Assembly: GCA_963703315.1 (NCBI GenBank)
Contig: OY969811.1
Span: forward strand, 3,648,001-3,712,000
DNA from: an uncultured cyanobacterium
GTDB lineage: Bacteria > Cyanobacteriota > Cyanobacteriia > Pseudanabaenales > Pseudanabaenaceae
DNA length: 64,000 nt
Direction: 5' to 3'
Under the pieces are notes generated by a model, which was not told the DNA's origin, did not search any database, and saw only the letters and a program-made list of their open reading frames with translations. This document shows, piece after piece, positions 15,701 to 24,628 of the stretch. The position numbers and the translations under genes were made by a program. Position 1 is the first letter of the stretch. Every line of letters begins with the position of its first letter.

Positions 15701-18172
15701 ATCCCCCTGCATCTCAGTCAGCAAATCATGTAAATCCTTCTCTAACTCCACACGAGTCTTTAACGGACGAGTCCCCCTCTCATCGGTCAACATAAACAGC
15801 AAAAACTTAGCCAATCGTTCATTCTCCTCCCCACAATCCACAATCACATCATTCAAATAGCGCTCCACCAATATCGCCTTCGGATTCGCACCCAACAGGC
15901 GATATTGCTCCAAAGTCTTAATTCCCTCCTGCTGTAACTGCGCTCCCACCACCTGAAGCTCAATCGGACGCACTTCACCTAGCTCATCCTTAAGATCATC
16001 AGCGATCGCCCCAATCAACTCAGGCTCCAAATAAAATCGCGATTTCTGAGTAAGGGTCTGAATCAGCGACTTAGCCGCCTTGACCTTGAGGTTCCCCACC
16101 CGATATAACACATTCTTACTGAGAATATCTTGATCGATCGCTGCCATGCTTTCAATCTGATTGCACTCCAGCAAATAATGCAAATAGTCCTCCCGCAACG
16201 ACAAAACTACCTTCAGCGAAGATAGATTTTGCGAATCATTTAGCAAACTTCCAATAAACTCAAAAAAGCGGCGACGCTCAGTAGGTTGATTGTAATAAAC
16301 AAAAAAGAACTCCTCAAACTGATCGAAAATTAAAACTAAACGCAAGTTTTGTGATTCTTTTTCCCTAAGTTTAGAGATGATGCTCTCACCCCCAGCCGCT
16401 CTCCCAGAGGGCGAGGGGAGTAAAGAGTCTTGCTCCCCCTCTCCCAATGGGAGAGGGGGCTGGGGGGTGAGGGTCTTGATCGCCTTCTCCAACTCCTCTT
16501 CCCAATTCGTATATACCCGCAAGGTGATCGCACAAACATCCCTACCCTCAAACGATGTATGCTCCAACTGCGGAATTAATCCTGCATTCACCAACGAACT
16601 CTTACCCACACCAGACTTGCCATACAACACAATCAACTTATAACTCGGCTTAGCAATGCGCGTAATCAACTCATCAAGATCCTGCTTGCGTCCCGAAGCC
16701 TCAATTTCAGTTGCCACATCAGTTTGCGATTTACCGACCGACTTCTTGCCCTGCAAGCGACCCGCTCCGATAAAGGCACGATAGCCATACTGTTGCTCGA
16801 TCGCATACTGTTCCTGCTTAGTGACATAGGCTTCGAGATATTGCTTTTGTGTGGTGTAAAGCGATCGCAATTCCTGCAAAACCGCAATATAAACCTGTGG
16901 ATGTCCCGTATCTCCTAACTCTTTGGCTTCAAGAAGCAATCGCAATCCCTCTTGAGCATTTCCAAGATTAATTTCTGCTTGAGCAAGCATTACTAAATAT
17001 AAATTACGCCATTCTTGATTGGTTTCTGGAGCTTGACTCAAAAATGAAATAGCAAGATTTGATTCAGTTCTAGCAACTTCCCATTGTTGCTTTTGAATTG
17101 CAATTTCGGCTAAATATCGATGATCTAAGACAAGATAATGTGGATTTTGTAACTCTTGATGTAAAGGTACTGCTTTTTGGATAATTGCCTCAATCGCTTC
17201 CCAATCAGACATTCGCTTCGCAATCACAACCAGACGCATAATTACATTTGCCATGAGATCGCGGCGATGTGCTTTTTCAAAAATATCCATCGCATTTTGA
17301 AAAGCCGATCGCGCTACTTCCCAATTAGGAGTTCGATATTTTTCAGCATCAGTAATTTGATAATTTAATTGTCCTATTTGATTGTGCAACAGACCACTAC
17401 GTTCGAGATCACCAAGCTGCTGCCAATACTCTAAACTTGCTTGCAAATATTGCAGAGCCTTTTCAGGTGAATTATTGGGCGGTAATGTGTCTAAACCGCG
17501 AATAAAGTTAAGATTAGCTTGCAATTTTGGCTCAAGATTCAAACCGCGATCGCCTAAATCCTTGAGCGCAGTCTCCAACTCTGAACATAGAATCGAACCA
17601 AGTTGATGAATTTGTCCTAACTTTTTGAAAAATGGAACCTCACTAGGCGCAAGTACATGACTAAATAGAGCTTCACTGCCATCATGGAGAGAAGTAAGTA
17701 ACTCATCAGTGTCAATGGAAAACTCCAGCGTCGTCGTCCAACTCTCAAAGTCAGGTGCAGTGCGGATAATTCGTTTATGAGTACTATCCGAAATCCACCA
17801 CACAATTGGATAGGGGCAGTGATTGCGAAACATCTCGCGATTGAGATTGATATCCAAAAGTGCAGCGTGCAGATCCTCTAGCTCTTCTAGTCCTACTATC
17901 GACAATGCTGCGGGAGTCTCTGACGATACTTGGGAAATTATGTAGTTATATAAATCTTTTTGCGATCGCGGTAACTTTATTTCACGGATTGGTTGTGGAT
18001 GGATTTCTTTGAGACGAATAATGAGGCGATCGCGCAAATTCTGATAATTACAACGTGCTAATAGTAGCTTAAACTCACCCTCATACAAATCTAGAGCCGA
18101 CGAAAGCTCTTGCAAAGCGTCTTCATTCTCAGGTGAGATATTTGCCGAGGCGAAATTAGATACGTCGCTCAT
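12743..18172 (-). CDS. TPR-like + STAND (nSTAND1-type) NTPase + 14 WD40 repeats + C-terminal TPR protein
   Basis: Walker A GKSGVGKSS, Walker B LIFDQFEE, LQVVG, YQLVHDYL, coiled coil, one TM helix, 14 GH..WN repeats. Confidence 0.9.
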   Translation of the reverse strand: MSDVSNFASANISPENEDALQELSSALDLYEGEFKLLLARCNYQNLRDRLIIRLKEIHPQPIREIKLPRSQKDLYNYIISQVSSETPAALSIVGLEELEDLHAALLDINLNREMFRNHCPYPIVWWISDSTHKRIIRTAPDFESWTTTLEFSIDTDELLTSLHDGSEALFSHVLAPSEVPFFKKLGQIHQLGSILCSELETALKDLGDRGLNLEPKLQANLNFIRGLDTLPPNNSPEKALQYLQASLEYWQQLGDLERSGLLHNQIGQLNYQITDAEKYRTPNWEVARSAFQNAMDIFEKAHRRDLMANVIMRLVVIAKRMSDWEAIEAIIQKAVPLHQELQNPHYLVLDHRYLAEIAIQKQQWEVARTESNLAISFLSQAPETNQEWRNLYLVMLAQAEINLGNAQEGLRLLLEAKELGDTGHPQVYIAVLQELRSLYTTQKQYLEAYVTKQEQYAIEQQYGYRAFIGAGRLQGKKSVGKSQTDVATEIEASGRKQDLDELITRIAKPSYKLIVLYGKSGVGKSSLVNAGLIPQLEHTSFEGRDVCAITLRVYTNWEEELEKAIKTLTPQPPLPLGEGEQDSLLPSPSGRAAGGESIISKLREKESQNLRLVLIFDQFEEFFFVYYNQPTERRRFFEFIGSLLNDSQNLSSLKVVLSLREDYLHYLLECNQIESMAAIDQDILSKNVLYRVGNLKVKAAKSLIQTLTQKSRFYLEPELIGAIADDLKDELGEVRPIELQVVGAQLQQEGIKTLEQYRLLGANPKAILVERYLNDVIVDCGEENERLAKFLLFMLTDERGTRPLKTRVELEKDLHDLLTEMQGDTSVLDLVLEIFVRSGLVVLVPESPLDRYQLVHDYLAEFIRASQAPEMAKLQQELAETKETLRETVDRLSVAVKEEEAAKFRARGRSRLAVGVGIVASVMAVGAGIAGFMALRTSVDTQFVSDSYKMLSLLNGDLQLEALVEAVETGERLQKNKIVSPDTKIRVITSIQEVIYAMQEKNRLLGHNGIVTSIAFSPDGKTIASSSSDNTIKLWNLEGKELQTFKGHSAIVWSVAFSPDGKTIASGSGDKTIKLWNLEGKELQTFKGHSAIVWSVAFSPDGKTIASGSGDKTIKLWNLEGKELQTFKGHSDSINSLAFSPDGKTIASGSWDNTIKLWNLEGKELQTFKGLSINSLAFSPDGKVIATSGGNNTVKLWNLEGRELQIFKGQSNDIWRIAFSPDGKAIVTGDLNGVIKLWNLEGKELQIFKGHSSGVWGVAFSPNAKVIATGSFDRTVKLWNLEVKEIPSFRGHSSSVNSIVFSPDGMTIATVSYDRTVKLWNVEGKELQTFKGHSNSVNSVAFSLDGRTIASGSRDNTVKLWNLEGKELQTFKGHSRGINSVVFSPDGKTIASGSDDNTVKLWNVEGKELQTFKGHSSSVNSVAFSPDGRTIASGSDDNTIKLWNLEGKELQTFKTFKGHSSSVNSAAFSPDGKTIASSSSDNTTKLWNLEGKELQTFKGHSNSVNSVAFSPDGRTIASGSRDNTIKLWNLEGKELQTFKGHSRGINSVAFSPNGKTIATGSADKKLKLWSLDLDRQKGLGCYWLQDYLATNRDLRQKLATCRDPQILKAAAPALIAEARTKGMSGKPEIALSLFQEAKKLDSSISLDLQTEINPYFIPKGERLAKEGDIKAALVAYDEAIKRNPNIKISADSWNTLCWNGSLYNSASQVIFACNNTVILEPSNLIFRQNRTIAKVLAGDKNGAISEIEISLSKIYRENLEVILSIRERNYSEQYTYAEQKGWLDDLSQDKTPFTEEKLEEWRQEEKSMS
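13470..15156 (-). repeat. Tandem ~123-bp WD40-coding repeats
   Basis: Near-identical units; two adjacent units (~14780-15025) identical at DNA level. Confidence 0.92.
16383..16473. mobile_element. Small palindromic repeat inserted in-frame (cyanobacterial SDR5-like)
   Basis: CTCTCACCCCCAGCCGCTCTCCC...GGGAGAGGGGGCTGGGGGGTGAGGG; encodes TLTPQPPLPLGEGEQDSLLPSPSGRAAGGES. Confidence 0.75.
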
Positions 18173-18369
18173 GGGTTTATTCTAGAAATTGCCTTAAATA
18201 TATCCTAAGCAACCAATAACTTAATTTTATTTTTATTTATGCGATCGCCCTGCTCTCACTGATTAGAAATCAATATCAACGCCCCAAGTCCTGATATGAT
18301 GATCTGGCAGAATTGTCGTCAACAAATAACGAAATTCTAGCGAATACCCCTAGCAAACATCTCGGAAAT

Positions 18370-20160
18370 ATGCGTCTATCTCAAATGCTCTGGGTCACTC
18401 TTCGCGAAGATCCCGCCGAAGCAGAACTCACAAGTCACAAACTATTATTACGTGCAGGTTATATCAGGCGCGTGGGTTCAGGCTTGTATGTTTATCTGCC
18501 GCTTATGTGGCGGGTTTTGCAAAAGATTTCAGCGATCGTGCGTGAAGAGATGAACGAGACAGGGGCGCAGGAATGTCTATTGACGCAACTGCAACCTGCG
18601 GAACTATGGCAGGAGTCAGGACGTTGGGATACTTACACCAAAGCTGAAGGGATTATGTTTGCCCTCACCGATCGCGCAAATCGTGAAGTTGGTCTAGGTC
18701 CTACCCATGAAGAAATTATTACAGCGATCGCTAGGGATACGATTCGCTCCTATCGTCAATTGCCACAGCATTTATATCAAATCCAAACTAAGTTCCGCGA
18801 CGAGATTCGCCCTAGATTTGGACTGATGCGTGGGCGCGAATTCATTATGAAAGATGGCTATTCCTTCCATGAAAATGAAGAGAGCCTCAAAGAGACCTAT
18901 TACGAAATGGATCGTGCCTATCGGAAGATGTTTGATCGCTGCGGTCTGAAATTCCGTGCTGTAGAAGCTGACTCAGGGGCGATCGGTGGTTCTGGTTCGC
19001 AAGAATTTATGGTGTTAGCAGAAGCTGGAGAAGATGACATTCTCTTTACTGAAGATAGTAGCTATGCTGCCAATGTTGAAAAAGCAATATCGCTACCCCC
19101 CGATGCAGTTCCTTCTCATTTTGATAAGTTCGAGAAAGTGCATACTCCTAAGGCTGGGACAATTGAGACAGTTTGCAAAATGCTGAAATGCGACCCTACA
19201 CAAGTCGTCAAGCAGGTTCTCTATCAAGTCATTTATGACAATGGCACAACAGTTTTAGTACTAGTTAGTATTCGTGGCGATCGCGATGTTAATGAAGTGA
19301 AGTTACAAAATGAACTGACGAAACTCGCTGCAAATTACGGTGGTAAGGCGATTATCAATCTTCAAGTTGCTGATGCGGAATCTCAACAGAAATGGGCGCA
19401 TTCTAAACTTCCTGTCGGATTTATTGCTCCAAGTCTTGATGATTCCTATATTGATAAAATTAAAGGTTTTGCACCGAAGTTCCTCCGCTTAGCTGATCGC
19501 ACTGTTGAGCATTTACAGAACTTTGTCACAGGAGCTAACGAATCGGATTATCACGTTGTCGGTGCGAATTGGGGTAAGGATTTCACACTGCCAGCCGTTG
19601 TCAATCTAGACAAAGCGAAAGCAGGCGATCGCGCCGTTCATGATCCTTCGCAAATCTTGCAAACCGCCAGAGGTATCGAAGTTGGTCACATTTTCCAATT
19701 GGGAACCAAATATTCGCAAGCAATGAAGGCGACTTTCACCAACGAGCAAGGAGAAGAACTGCCTCTAGTTATGGGTTGCTATGGCTTAGGTGTATCACGT
19801 CTCGCTCAAGCTGCGGTAGAGCAATCCTACGACAAAGACGGCATCATTTGGAATAAAGCGATCGCTCCCTATCACGTCATCGTCACAGTTCCCAATGTTG
19901 GCGATGCTAAACAAATGGATATGGGTGAAAGGCTATATACTGCCCTTAATGCCGCAGGCGTGGAAGTGCTGCTAGATGATCGCGATGAGAGAGCTGGTGT
20001 CAAGTTTAAAGATGCGGATCTTGTTGGTATTCCCTATCGTGTGGTTACTGGTAAGGCGATCGCTGATGGCAAAGTGGAAATCGTCAATCGAGCTACGAAG
20101 GTGGCGACATTGGTAGAGATTGAGTCAGTGGTCGAGTATTTACAAAACGAACTCAAGTAA
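18370..20160 (+). CDS. proS: Proline--tRNA ligase
   Basis: [56 protein letters not shown]. Confidence 0.98.
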   Translation: MRLSQMLWVTLREDPAEAELTSHKLLLRAGYIRRVGSGLYVYLPLMWRVLQKISAIVREEMNETGAQECLLTQLQPAELWQESGRWDTYTKAEGIMFALTDRANREVGLGPTHEEIITAIARDTIRSYRQLPQHLYQIQTKFRDEIRPRFGLMRGREFIMKDGYSFHENEESLKETYYEMDRAYRKMFDRCGLKFRAVEADSGAIGGSGSQEFMVLAEAGEDDILFTEDSSYAANVEKAISLPPDAVPSHFDKFEKVHTPKAGTIETVCKMLKCDPTQVVKQVLYQVIYDNGTTVLVLVSIRGDRDVNEVKLQNELTKLAANYGGKAIINLQVADAESQQKWAHSKLPVGFIAPSLDDSYIDKIKGFAPKFLRLADRTVEHLQNFVTGANESDYHVVGANWGKDFTLPAVVNLDKAKAGDRAVHDPSQILQTARGIEVGHIFQLGTKYSQAMKATFTNEQGEELPLVMGCYGLGVSRLAQAAVEQSYDKDGIIWNKAIAPYHVIVTVPNVGDAKQMDMGERLYTALNAAGVEVLLDDRDERAGVKFKDADLVGIPYRVVTGKAIADGKVEIVNRATKVATLVEIESVVEYLQNELK

Positions 20161-20163
20161 TAG

Positions 20164-20189
20164 AAAGCGGTGCAATGCGCCGCTTTTTT
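20164..20189 (+). terminator. proS terminator hairpin
   Basis: AAAGCGGTGC-AAT-GCGCCGCTTT plus T run. Confidence 0.7.
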
Positions 20190-20235
20190 GTTTTTGCACT
20201 AACATGAAGATAGTTACTTCTAGATAGACTTAATC

Positions 20236-20859
20236 ATGGTTCAGGCGATCGCGGCAAAGGATGTAACCATAAGAGAATTAAAGCAAAATTTTGGGCTGCA
20301 AATGTCTGAAGATCCTGCTTTTTTTACTGAGTGGTCAGAAAATCTTGTGGGCTTGAGTGGTGAAGATAAACATCTTTTGGATCGTGTGAAGTCTAATTTT
20401 CTGGAATTGATGGAAGATCCACCAATGTTAGAAAATACAGTAAAGATGGTTGTACTTGCACCATTATTGGATCTTGCTGGTTTCTATCACAAACCATTTC
20501 GGATCGAAACAGAAACAAGTGTCTCTTTAGAAATGCAGGATGAGGGGACGATAATTCGTGGTCGGATTGATGTATTGGTGTTAAAAAATCGGCTGTGGTT
20601 ATTAGTGATTGGATCAAAACGCAGTGATTTTGCAGTAACAAGGGCAATTCCGCAAGCGTTGGCTTATATGTTGAGTAATACGGAAACAGTGGAACCGACG
20701 TTTGGCATGATTACCAATGGGAATGAGTTTTTATTTTTGAAGTCTTTTCAACAAGAGTATGCAAATTCGCGGCTGTTTTCGCTGGTGAATCCCACCAATG
20801 AACTGTATGGTGTATTGCAGGTGCTAAAGCATTTAGGAGCAAAAATTAGCGGACTTTAA
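20236..20859 (+). CDS. Type I restriction HsdR N-terminal-like PD-(D/E)XK protein
   Basis: GRIDVLV...VIGSKR, IPQALAYM, GMITNG. Confidence 0.8.
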   Translation: MVQAIAAKDVTIRELKQNFGLQMSEDPAFFTEWSENLVGLSGEDKHLLDRVKSNFLELMEDPPMLENTVKMVVLAPLLDLAGFYHKPFRIETETSVSLEMQDEGTIIRGRIDVLVLKNRLWLLVIGSKRSDFAVTRAIPQALAYMLSNTETVEPTFGMITNGNEFLFLKSFQQEYANSRLFSLVNPTNELYGVLQVLKHLGAKISGL

Positions 20860-20921
20860 GCAGATTAAGATTTGTCTATATGAATCAAGGCATCATAGCG
20901 ATCGCTTGATTATTTTTTTAT

Positions 20922-20951
20922 TTGACATAGTATTAATATTGATACTAGAAT
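20922..20951 (+). promoter_or_regulatory. hicAB promoter with palindromic operator
   Basis: TTGACA-18-TAGAAT; near-perfect 20-bp palindrome TAGTATTAAT/ATTGATACTA (20928-20947). Confidence 0.65.
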
Positions 20952-20969
20952 CAGACTAAAATATAGTAT

Positions 20970-21224
20970 ATGGCACAAATAGAAAAAATTGTTGCTCAGC
21001 TAAAGAGGAGTCCTCAAAATGTCAACTTTACTGATTTAGTAAAAGTTTGTAATCATTATTTTGGAGAGCCTCGCCAGCAAGGAACAAGTCACTGTATCTA
21101 TAAAACACCTTGGCAAGGAGATCCTCGCGTTAACATTCAAGAAAAGAACGGAAAAGCAAAAGTTTATCAAGTTAAACAGGTTTTAGCGGCAATTGAAAAA
21201 TTTGAGGGAATGAAAGATGGTTAA
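20970..21224 (+). CDS. HicA-like toxin
   Basis: F.DL.KVC..YFGEPRQQGTSH, NIQ..NGKAKVYQVKQV. Confidence 0.85.
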   Translation: MAQIEKIVAQLKRSPQNVNFTDLVKVCNHYFGEPRQQGTSHCIYKTPWQGDPRVNIQEKNGKAKVYQVKQVLAAIEKFEGMKDG

Positions 21225-21543
21225 CTACGAACACTATAGCTACAAGCTTACTTGGTCAGTTGAAGATCAAGAATTTGCAGGATTATGTGCAGAGTTTCCA
21301 AGTCTGTCCTATCTCCATGAAGATCGTTCTGCGGCGCTAGAAGGTATTACAAACTTGATAAAAGATGTAGTAGCTGATATGGAAGCAAATGGAGAGAAAG
21401 TGCCAGAACCGATAGCAGAGAAAACTTACAGTGGTAAGCTTCAGATTCGGATTCCTCCCTCTCTTCATCGTAGGTTAGCGATGGAAGCCGCCGAAGAAAA
21501 TGTTAGTTTAAATCGTTATATGAGTCAGAAGCTTGCAGGTTGA
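21217..21543 (+). CDS. HicB-like antitoxin
   Basis: WS.EDQEF.GLCAEFPSLS, YSGKLQIRIPPSLHRRLA RHH domain. Confidence 0.88.
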   Translation: MVNYEHYSYKLTWSVEDQEFAGLCAEFPSLSYLHEDRSAALEGITNLIKDVVADMEANGEKVPEPIAEKTYSGKLQIRIPPSLHRRLAMEAAEENVSLNRYMSQKLAG

Positions 21544-21580
21544 AGTTTATTGATAATGCCTTTGTGAATAAGAGTCTAAT

Positions 21581-21799
21581 TTATCGCTGGACAGATGTTT
21601 TAAAAAACATCGAAAAGTCCCTAGATGGCTTCTGTAATGGTTTCCTGCATCCCCGTTCTGAGTCGCCGTTGCAAGTGGTCGCGCCAATCAATGCAGAACC
21701 TACCGCTTTAATTCCATCTAATGCTGCGGTGATTCCTGCGGTGACAATTATTGCTAATGCTTTAAGAGTATTAGCAATAATTGCGATAGTTAATGACAC
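21581..21799 (-). CDS. Small hypothetical protein, hydrophobic N-terminal half
   Basis: 72-aa ATG ORF filling the intergenic gap; coding status uncertain. Confidence 0.35.
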   Translation of the reverse strand: MSLTIAIIANTLKALAIIVTAGITAALDGIKAVGSALIGATTCNGDSERGCRKPLQKPSRDFSMFFKTSVQR

Positions 21800-21920
21800 C
21801 TAGTCTATCAAAAACAGAGGATTTCGATAAAAGCAGATGACTTGTATAAATCCTCTGTTTTTATTAGGATATGTCTGGTAAAGTATTTATTTTTCTTTTT
21901 CTTGGGAACATATCAGTATC

Positions 21921-22805
21921 GTGAATCTCATGACAACATATCAACTTTTCCAAAAACTACTAATAGGTTCTGGAATAATCCTGTTAACACTATACATAGG
22001 CGCTTGTATATTTCTGTTTCTACGACAGAGACAACTAATTTTTAAACCGACCTATAACATTCTAGAAACACCTTTAAAATATAATCTTAAATATGAAGAG
22101 GTTTGGATTCCTCTTAAGGATAGGGATAATTTACAAGATAAATTACATGGGTGGTTTCTTCCATCCGAAAAAGATAATCTAGAATTAGGAACTATCTTAT
22201 ATCTTCATGGATCTGGTACAAATATTAGCAACTCTATTTATCTCCGAGATGTTGTGCAACTCAGAAAAATAGGATTTTCTGTCTTTATATTTGATTATCG
22301 AGGTTATGGTCAAAGTGTGGGAGATTTTCCGTCTGAACTGAGTGTTTATGAGGATGCTGAGACCGCTTTAAGATATTTAATCGAAAAAAGAGAAATTCCT
22401 CGCACAAAGATTTATTTGTTTGGTGTTTCATTGGGAGGAGCAGTTGCGATTGATTTAGCTATTAAAGAGAAAGGCATAGGAGGTTTGATTGTAGTCAGTT
22501 CTTTCACTTCTATGTTGGAAGAAATACTTTATAGAGGTTATAGGATGTTCCCAATTGAACTAATTCTAAACCAAAAGTTTGACTCTATTAATAAGATTGC
22601 ATCATTGACAACACCTATTTTAATTATTCATGGAACTTCTGACAAATCTAATCCAGCTAGTATGAGTCAAAAACTCTACAATGCAGCTCCTAATCGCAAG
22701 CAACTTCTCTTAATTCCAGATTTTGGACATGACAATATATCAGATATGATTGCAAGCACTCAGTTTAGAGATGGAATAAATAAATACATCAATGAAGCTA
22801 AATAA
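21921..22805 (+). CDS. Alpha/beta hydrolase (ABHD12/Bem46-like) with N-terminal TM helix
   Basis: LYLHG, DYRGYG, GVSLGG nucleophile, HGTSD, GHD. Confidence 0.88.
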   Translation: MNLMTTYQLFQKLLIGSGIILLTLYIGACIFLFLRQRQLIFKPTYNILETPLKYNLKYEEVWIPLKDRDNLQDKLHGWFLPSEKDNLELGTILYLHGSGTNISNSIYLRDVVQLRKIGFSVFIFDYRGYGQSVGDFPSELSVYEDAETALRYLIEKREIPRTKIYLFGVSLGGAVAIDLAIKEKGIGGLIVVSSFTSMLEEILYRGYRMFPIELILNQKFDSINKIASLTTPILIIHGTSDKSNPASMSQKLYNAAPNRKQLLLIPDFGHDNISDMIASTQFRDGINKYINEAK

Positions 22806-22870
22806 TTCATGCTGGTATAAGTCTTAAAAAAGCTGTACCATTCTATATTTTGTGAGTAGTGGCTAACTTA

Positions 22871-22937
22871 GTGATCGCATTCTGGAGTGATTGATTGGGC
22901 GATCGCGTTTTTTGTGAATGATTGGTGAGGTGATCTG
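22871..22937. repeat. HIP1-anchored tandem repeat block A
   Basis: HIP1-like sites at 22871, 22899, 22930 joined by G/T-rich linkers. Confidence 0.75.
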
Positions 22938-22940
22938 ACT

Positions 22941-23198
22941 CTAATAAATTTCCCTGCGATGCCCTACCCTAGCAATGAAGATCAACTGATTTTCTATATC
23001 AAATTCATAAATGACTCGATAATCTCCTACTCTCAACTTATAAAATCCAGACCACTGACCAGTCAATGGTAGTGGAGAAATCTTTTCAAAATTAATGCTT
23101 AACCATTGGATTTTCTTGAGAATCCGTACTCGCGTATCCTGAGAAATTTTATCTAAATCATCTATAGACTCTAGTTCAAAACTTACTGAATAAGCCAT
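22941..23198 (-). CDS. RelE/ParE-family toxin
   Basis: PLTG, YKLRVGDYRVIY, VGHRREIY. Confidence 0.92.
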   Translation of the reverse strand: MAYSVSFELESIDDLDKISQDTRVRILKKIQWLSINFEKISPLPLTGQWSGFYKLRVGDYRVIYEFDIENQLIFIARVGHRREIY

Positions 23199-23414
23199 TT
23201 ATTGATCTATTCCATATCTTTTGTATACTTCTGATGCTGGAATAGTAGATCTTCCCTCCACCCGTTTTTTTCGTATGTTTAGCAAACTTTGCATGAATAA
23301 TTCTTTGATTTCTTTTCCCTGATCAGGATCGCCAAAGTATTCATCCAAACGTTCATCCACAGTATTACGGATTAAAGTTTGTAGTTGCTCTACAGTCAAG
23401 TCTTTTACTTGCAT
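23199..23414 (-). CDS. Putative antitoxin
   Basis: MQVKDLTVEQL..., abuts RelE start. Confidence 0.8.
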   Translation of the reverse strand: MQVKDLTVEQLQTLIRNTVDERLDEYFGDPDQGKEIKELFMQSLLNIRKKRVEGRSTIPASEVYKRYGIDQ

Positions 23415-23476
23415 AGTTTCTACTAACGATGAAATATATGGGTGATTATAGCAATTTTTAGATCCTGAATAGGCAG

Positions 23477-23593
23477 GGGATCGCGTTTTGTGTTAATTGA
23501 TTGGGCGATCGTGTTTTGGTGAGTGGTTGGGCGATTGTGCTTTTTGATGGGATGATTGGGCGATCGCGTTTTGGGCGAGGGTTGGGCGATCGC
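23477..23593. repeat. HIP1-anchored tandem repeat block B
   Basis: HIP1-like sites at 23477, 23505, 23531, 23560, 23586; unit ~GCGATCGCGTTTTGGTGAGTGGTTGG. Confidence 0.88.
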
Positions 23594-23596
23594 TAT

Positions 23597-23884
23597 TTAA
23601 TAAACCTCATCATGACTCCCAATATCAACCAAAAAAATCACCATCTCCAACAACTCTTCATCTTCAGAAAATCTAAAAACAATCCTACAATCATAAGCAA
23701 CAGAACAAGACCATAATCCAGCTAAATTTCCTCCCAACTTATGAGACTTTAATGAAGGCGTAAACGGATCATCTCCCAACAGCCTTAAAGCTTTTACAAT
23801 TAGCTCAGTTAATTGTGGATTTTTCTTTGTAATTTTTTTGAAAGAGCGTTTAAATCCGTTACTCCAAACAACTTGCATCATCAT
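23597..23884 (-). CDS. YafQ/RelE-family toxin
   Basis: FKRSFKK, LKSHKL.G.LAGLWSCSV.YDCRIVF, IGSHDEVY. Confidence 0.9.
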   Translation of the reverse strand: MMMQVVWSNGFKRSFKKITKKNPQLTELIVKALRLLGDDPFTPSLKSHKLGGNLAGLWSCSVAYDCRIVFRFSEDEELLEMVIFLVDIGSHDEVY

Positions 23885-24089
23885 CCCCTAATAAATCAGC
23901 AATCAAATCATCAACACTTCCTCTTTTTGCTGTTCCATCTTTAAATGATTTCATCACCTCCTCAGAATTAGCCAAAATCTCCTGCCGCCGACTCTCAATA
24001 CGTCGCTTACGGATTAGCTCAAACAAATAATCCTGATCTTCTATTGATAAACCCTCAATAGAATCAATGATTTGCTGAAAGATCATCAT
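23859..24089 (-). CDS. Putative antitoxin
   Basis: FQQIIDSIEGLSIEDQ..., GSVDDLIADL; overlaps toxin. Confidence 0.8.
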   Translation of the reverse strand: MMIFQQIIDSIEGLSIEDQDYLFELIRKRRIESRRQEILANSEEVMKSFKDGTAKRGSVDDLIADLLGDDDASCLE

Positions 24090-24175
24090 AAGACTTCCTT
24101 AACTATTACAAAATTTCTTAACAACTATCTTCTGTACATTTCTAATTCTAACTCATTAACATTGAACGACTCTAG

Positions 24176-24210
24176 GCGATCGCGTTTTTGGTGAGTGGTT
24201 GGGCGATCGC
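24176..24210. repeat. HIP1-anchored repeat block C
   Basis: GCGATCGCGTTTTTGGTGAGTGGTTGGGCGATCGC. Confidence 0.88.
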
Positions 24211-24212
24211 CT

Positions 24213-24357
24213 TTAAGGGAAAAACTTGTAAATATCTTTACGGTGCAAAAACCTTACAAAAATTACTTCATTTTCAAAAATTTCTATCCCTACAAAGATT
24301 ACGATCCTTGACTAACTTCAAGTCCTTCTCAAATCTAGACTCAACCCTAACATTCAT
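24213..24357 (-). pseudogene. RelE-family toxin with internal deletion and frameshift
   Basis: MNVRVESRFEKDLKLVKDRNL joined out of frame to VGIEIFENEVIFVRFLHRKDIYKFFP*; ATGA overlap with antitoxin stop. Confidence 0.82.
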
Positions 24358-24581
24358 GCAACATTACCATCTAGAAGCGCAAAGATATTATCTTCAGGAA
24401 CAAATTCATTTTTTCTACCCTCAGCGATCGCATTTCCCAAACCAAACTCTTCTAAAGCATCTTGAAATATTTCCGCAAAAAGCTCCTTTCTAGTCTTAAT
24501 CAAATCAATTAAGATTTCAGTGAGCATTTCTCTTGTCTTCTCATCGTTAAGGAGTATTTGAATATTCAAACTCTCATTCAT
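24354..24581 (-). CDS. Putative antitoxin
   Basis: EIFQDALEEFGLGNAIAEGRKNEFV; coupled to RelE remnant. Confidence 0.8.
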   Translation of the reverse strand: MNESLNIQILLNDEKTREMLTEILIDLIKTRKELFAEIFQDALEEFGLGNAIAEGRKNEFVPEDNIFALLDGNVA

Positions 24582-24628
24582 AATCCAAGTTTATATAATT
24601 CTAGCTTAATAACATCAAACAGCTTTTG

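Noticed and set aside
23501..24493. Plus-strand ORFs 23501-23716 and 24188-24493
   Set aside because: They start inside repeat blocks and run antisense to TA genes
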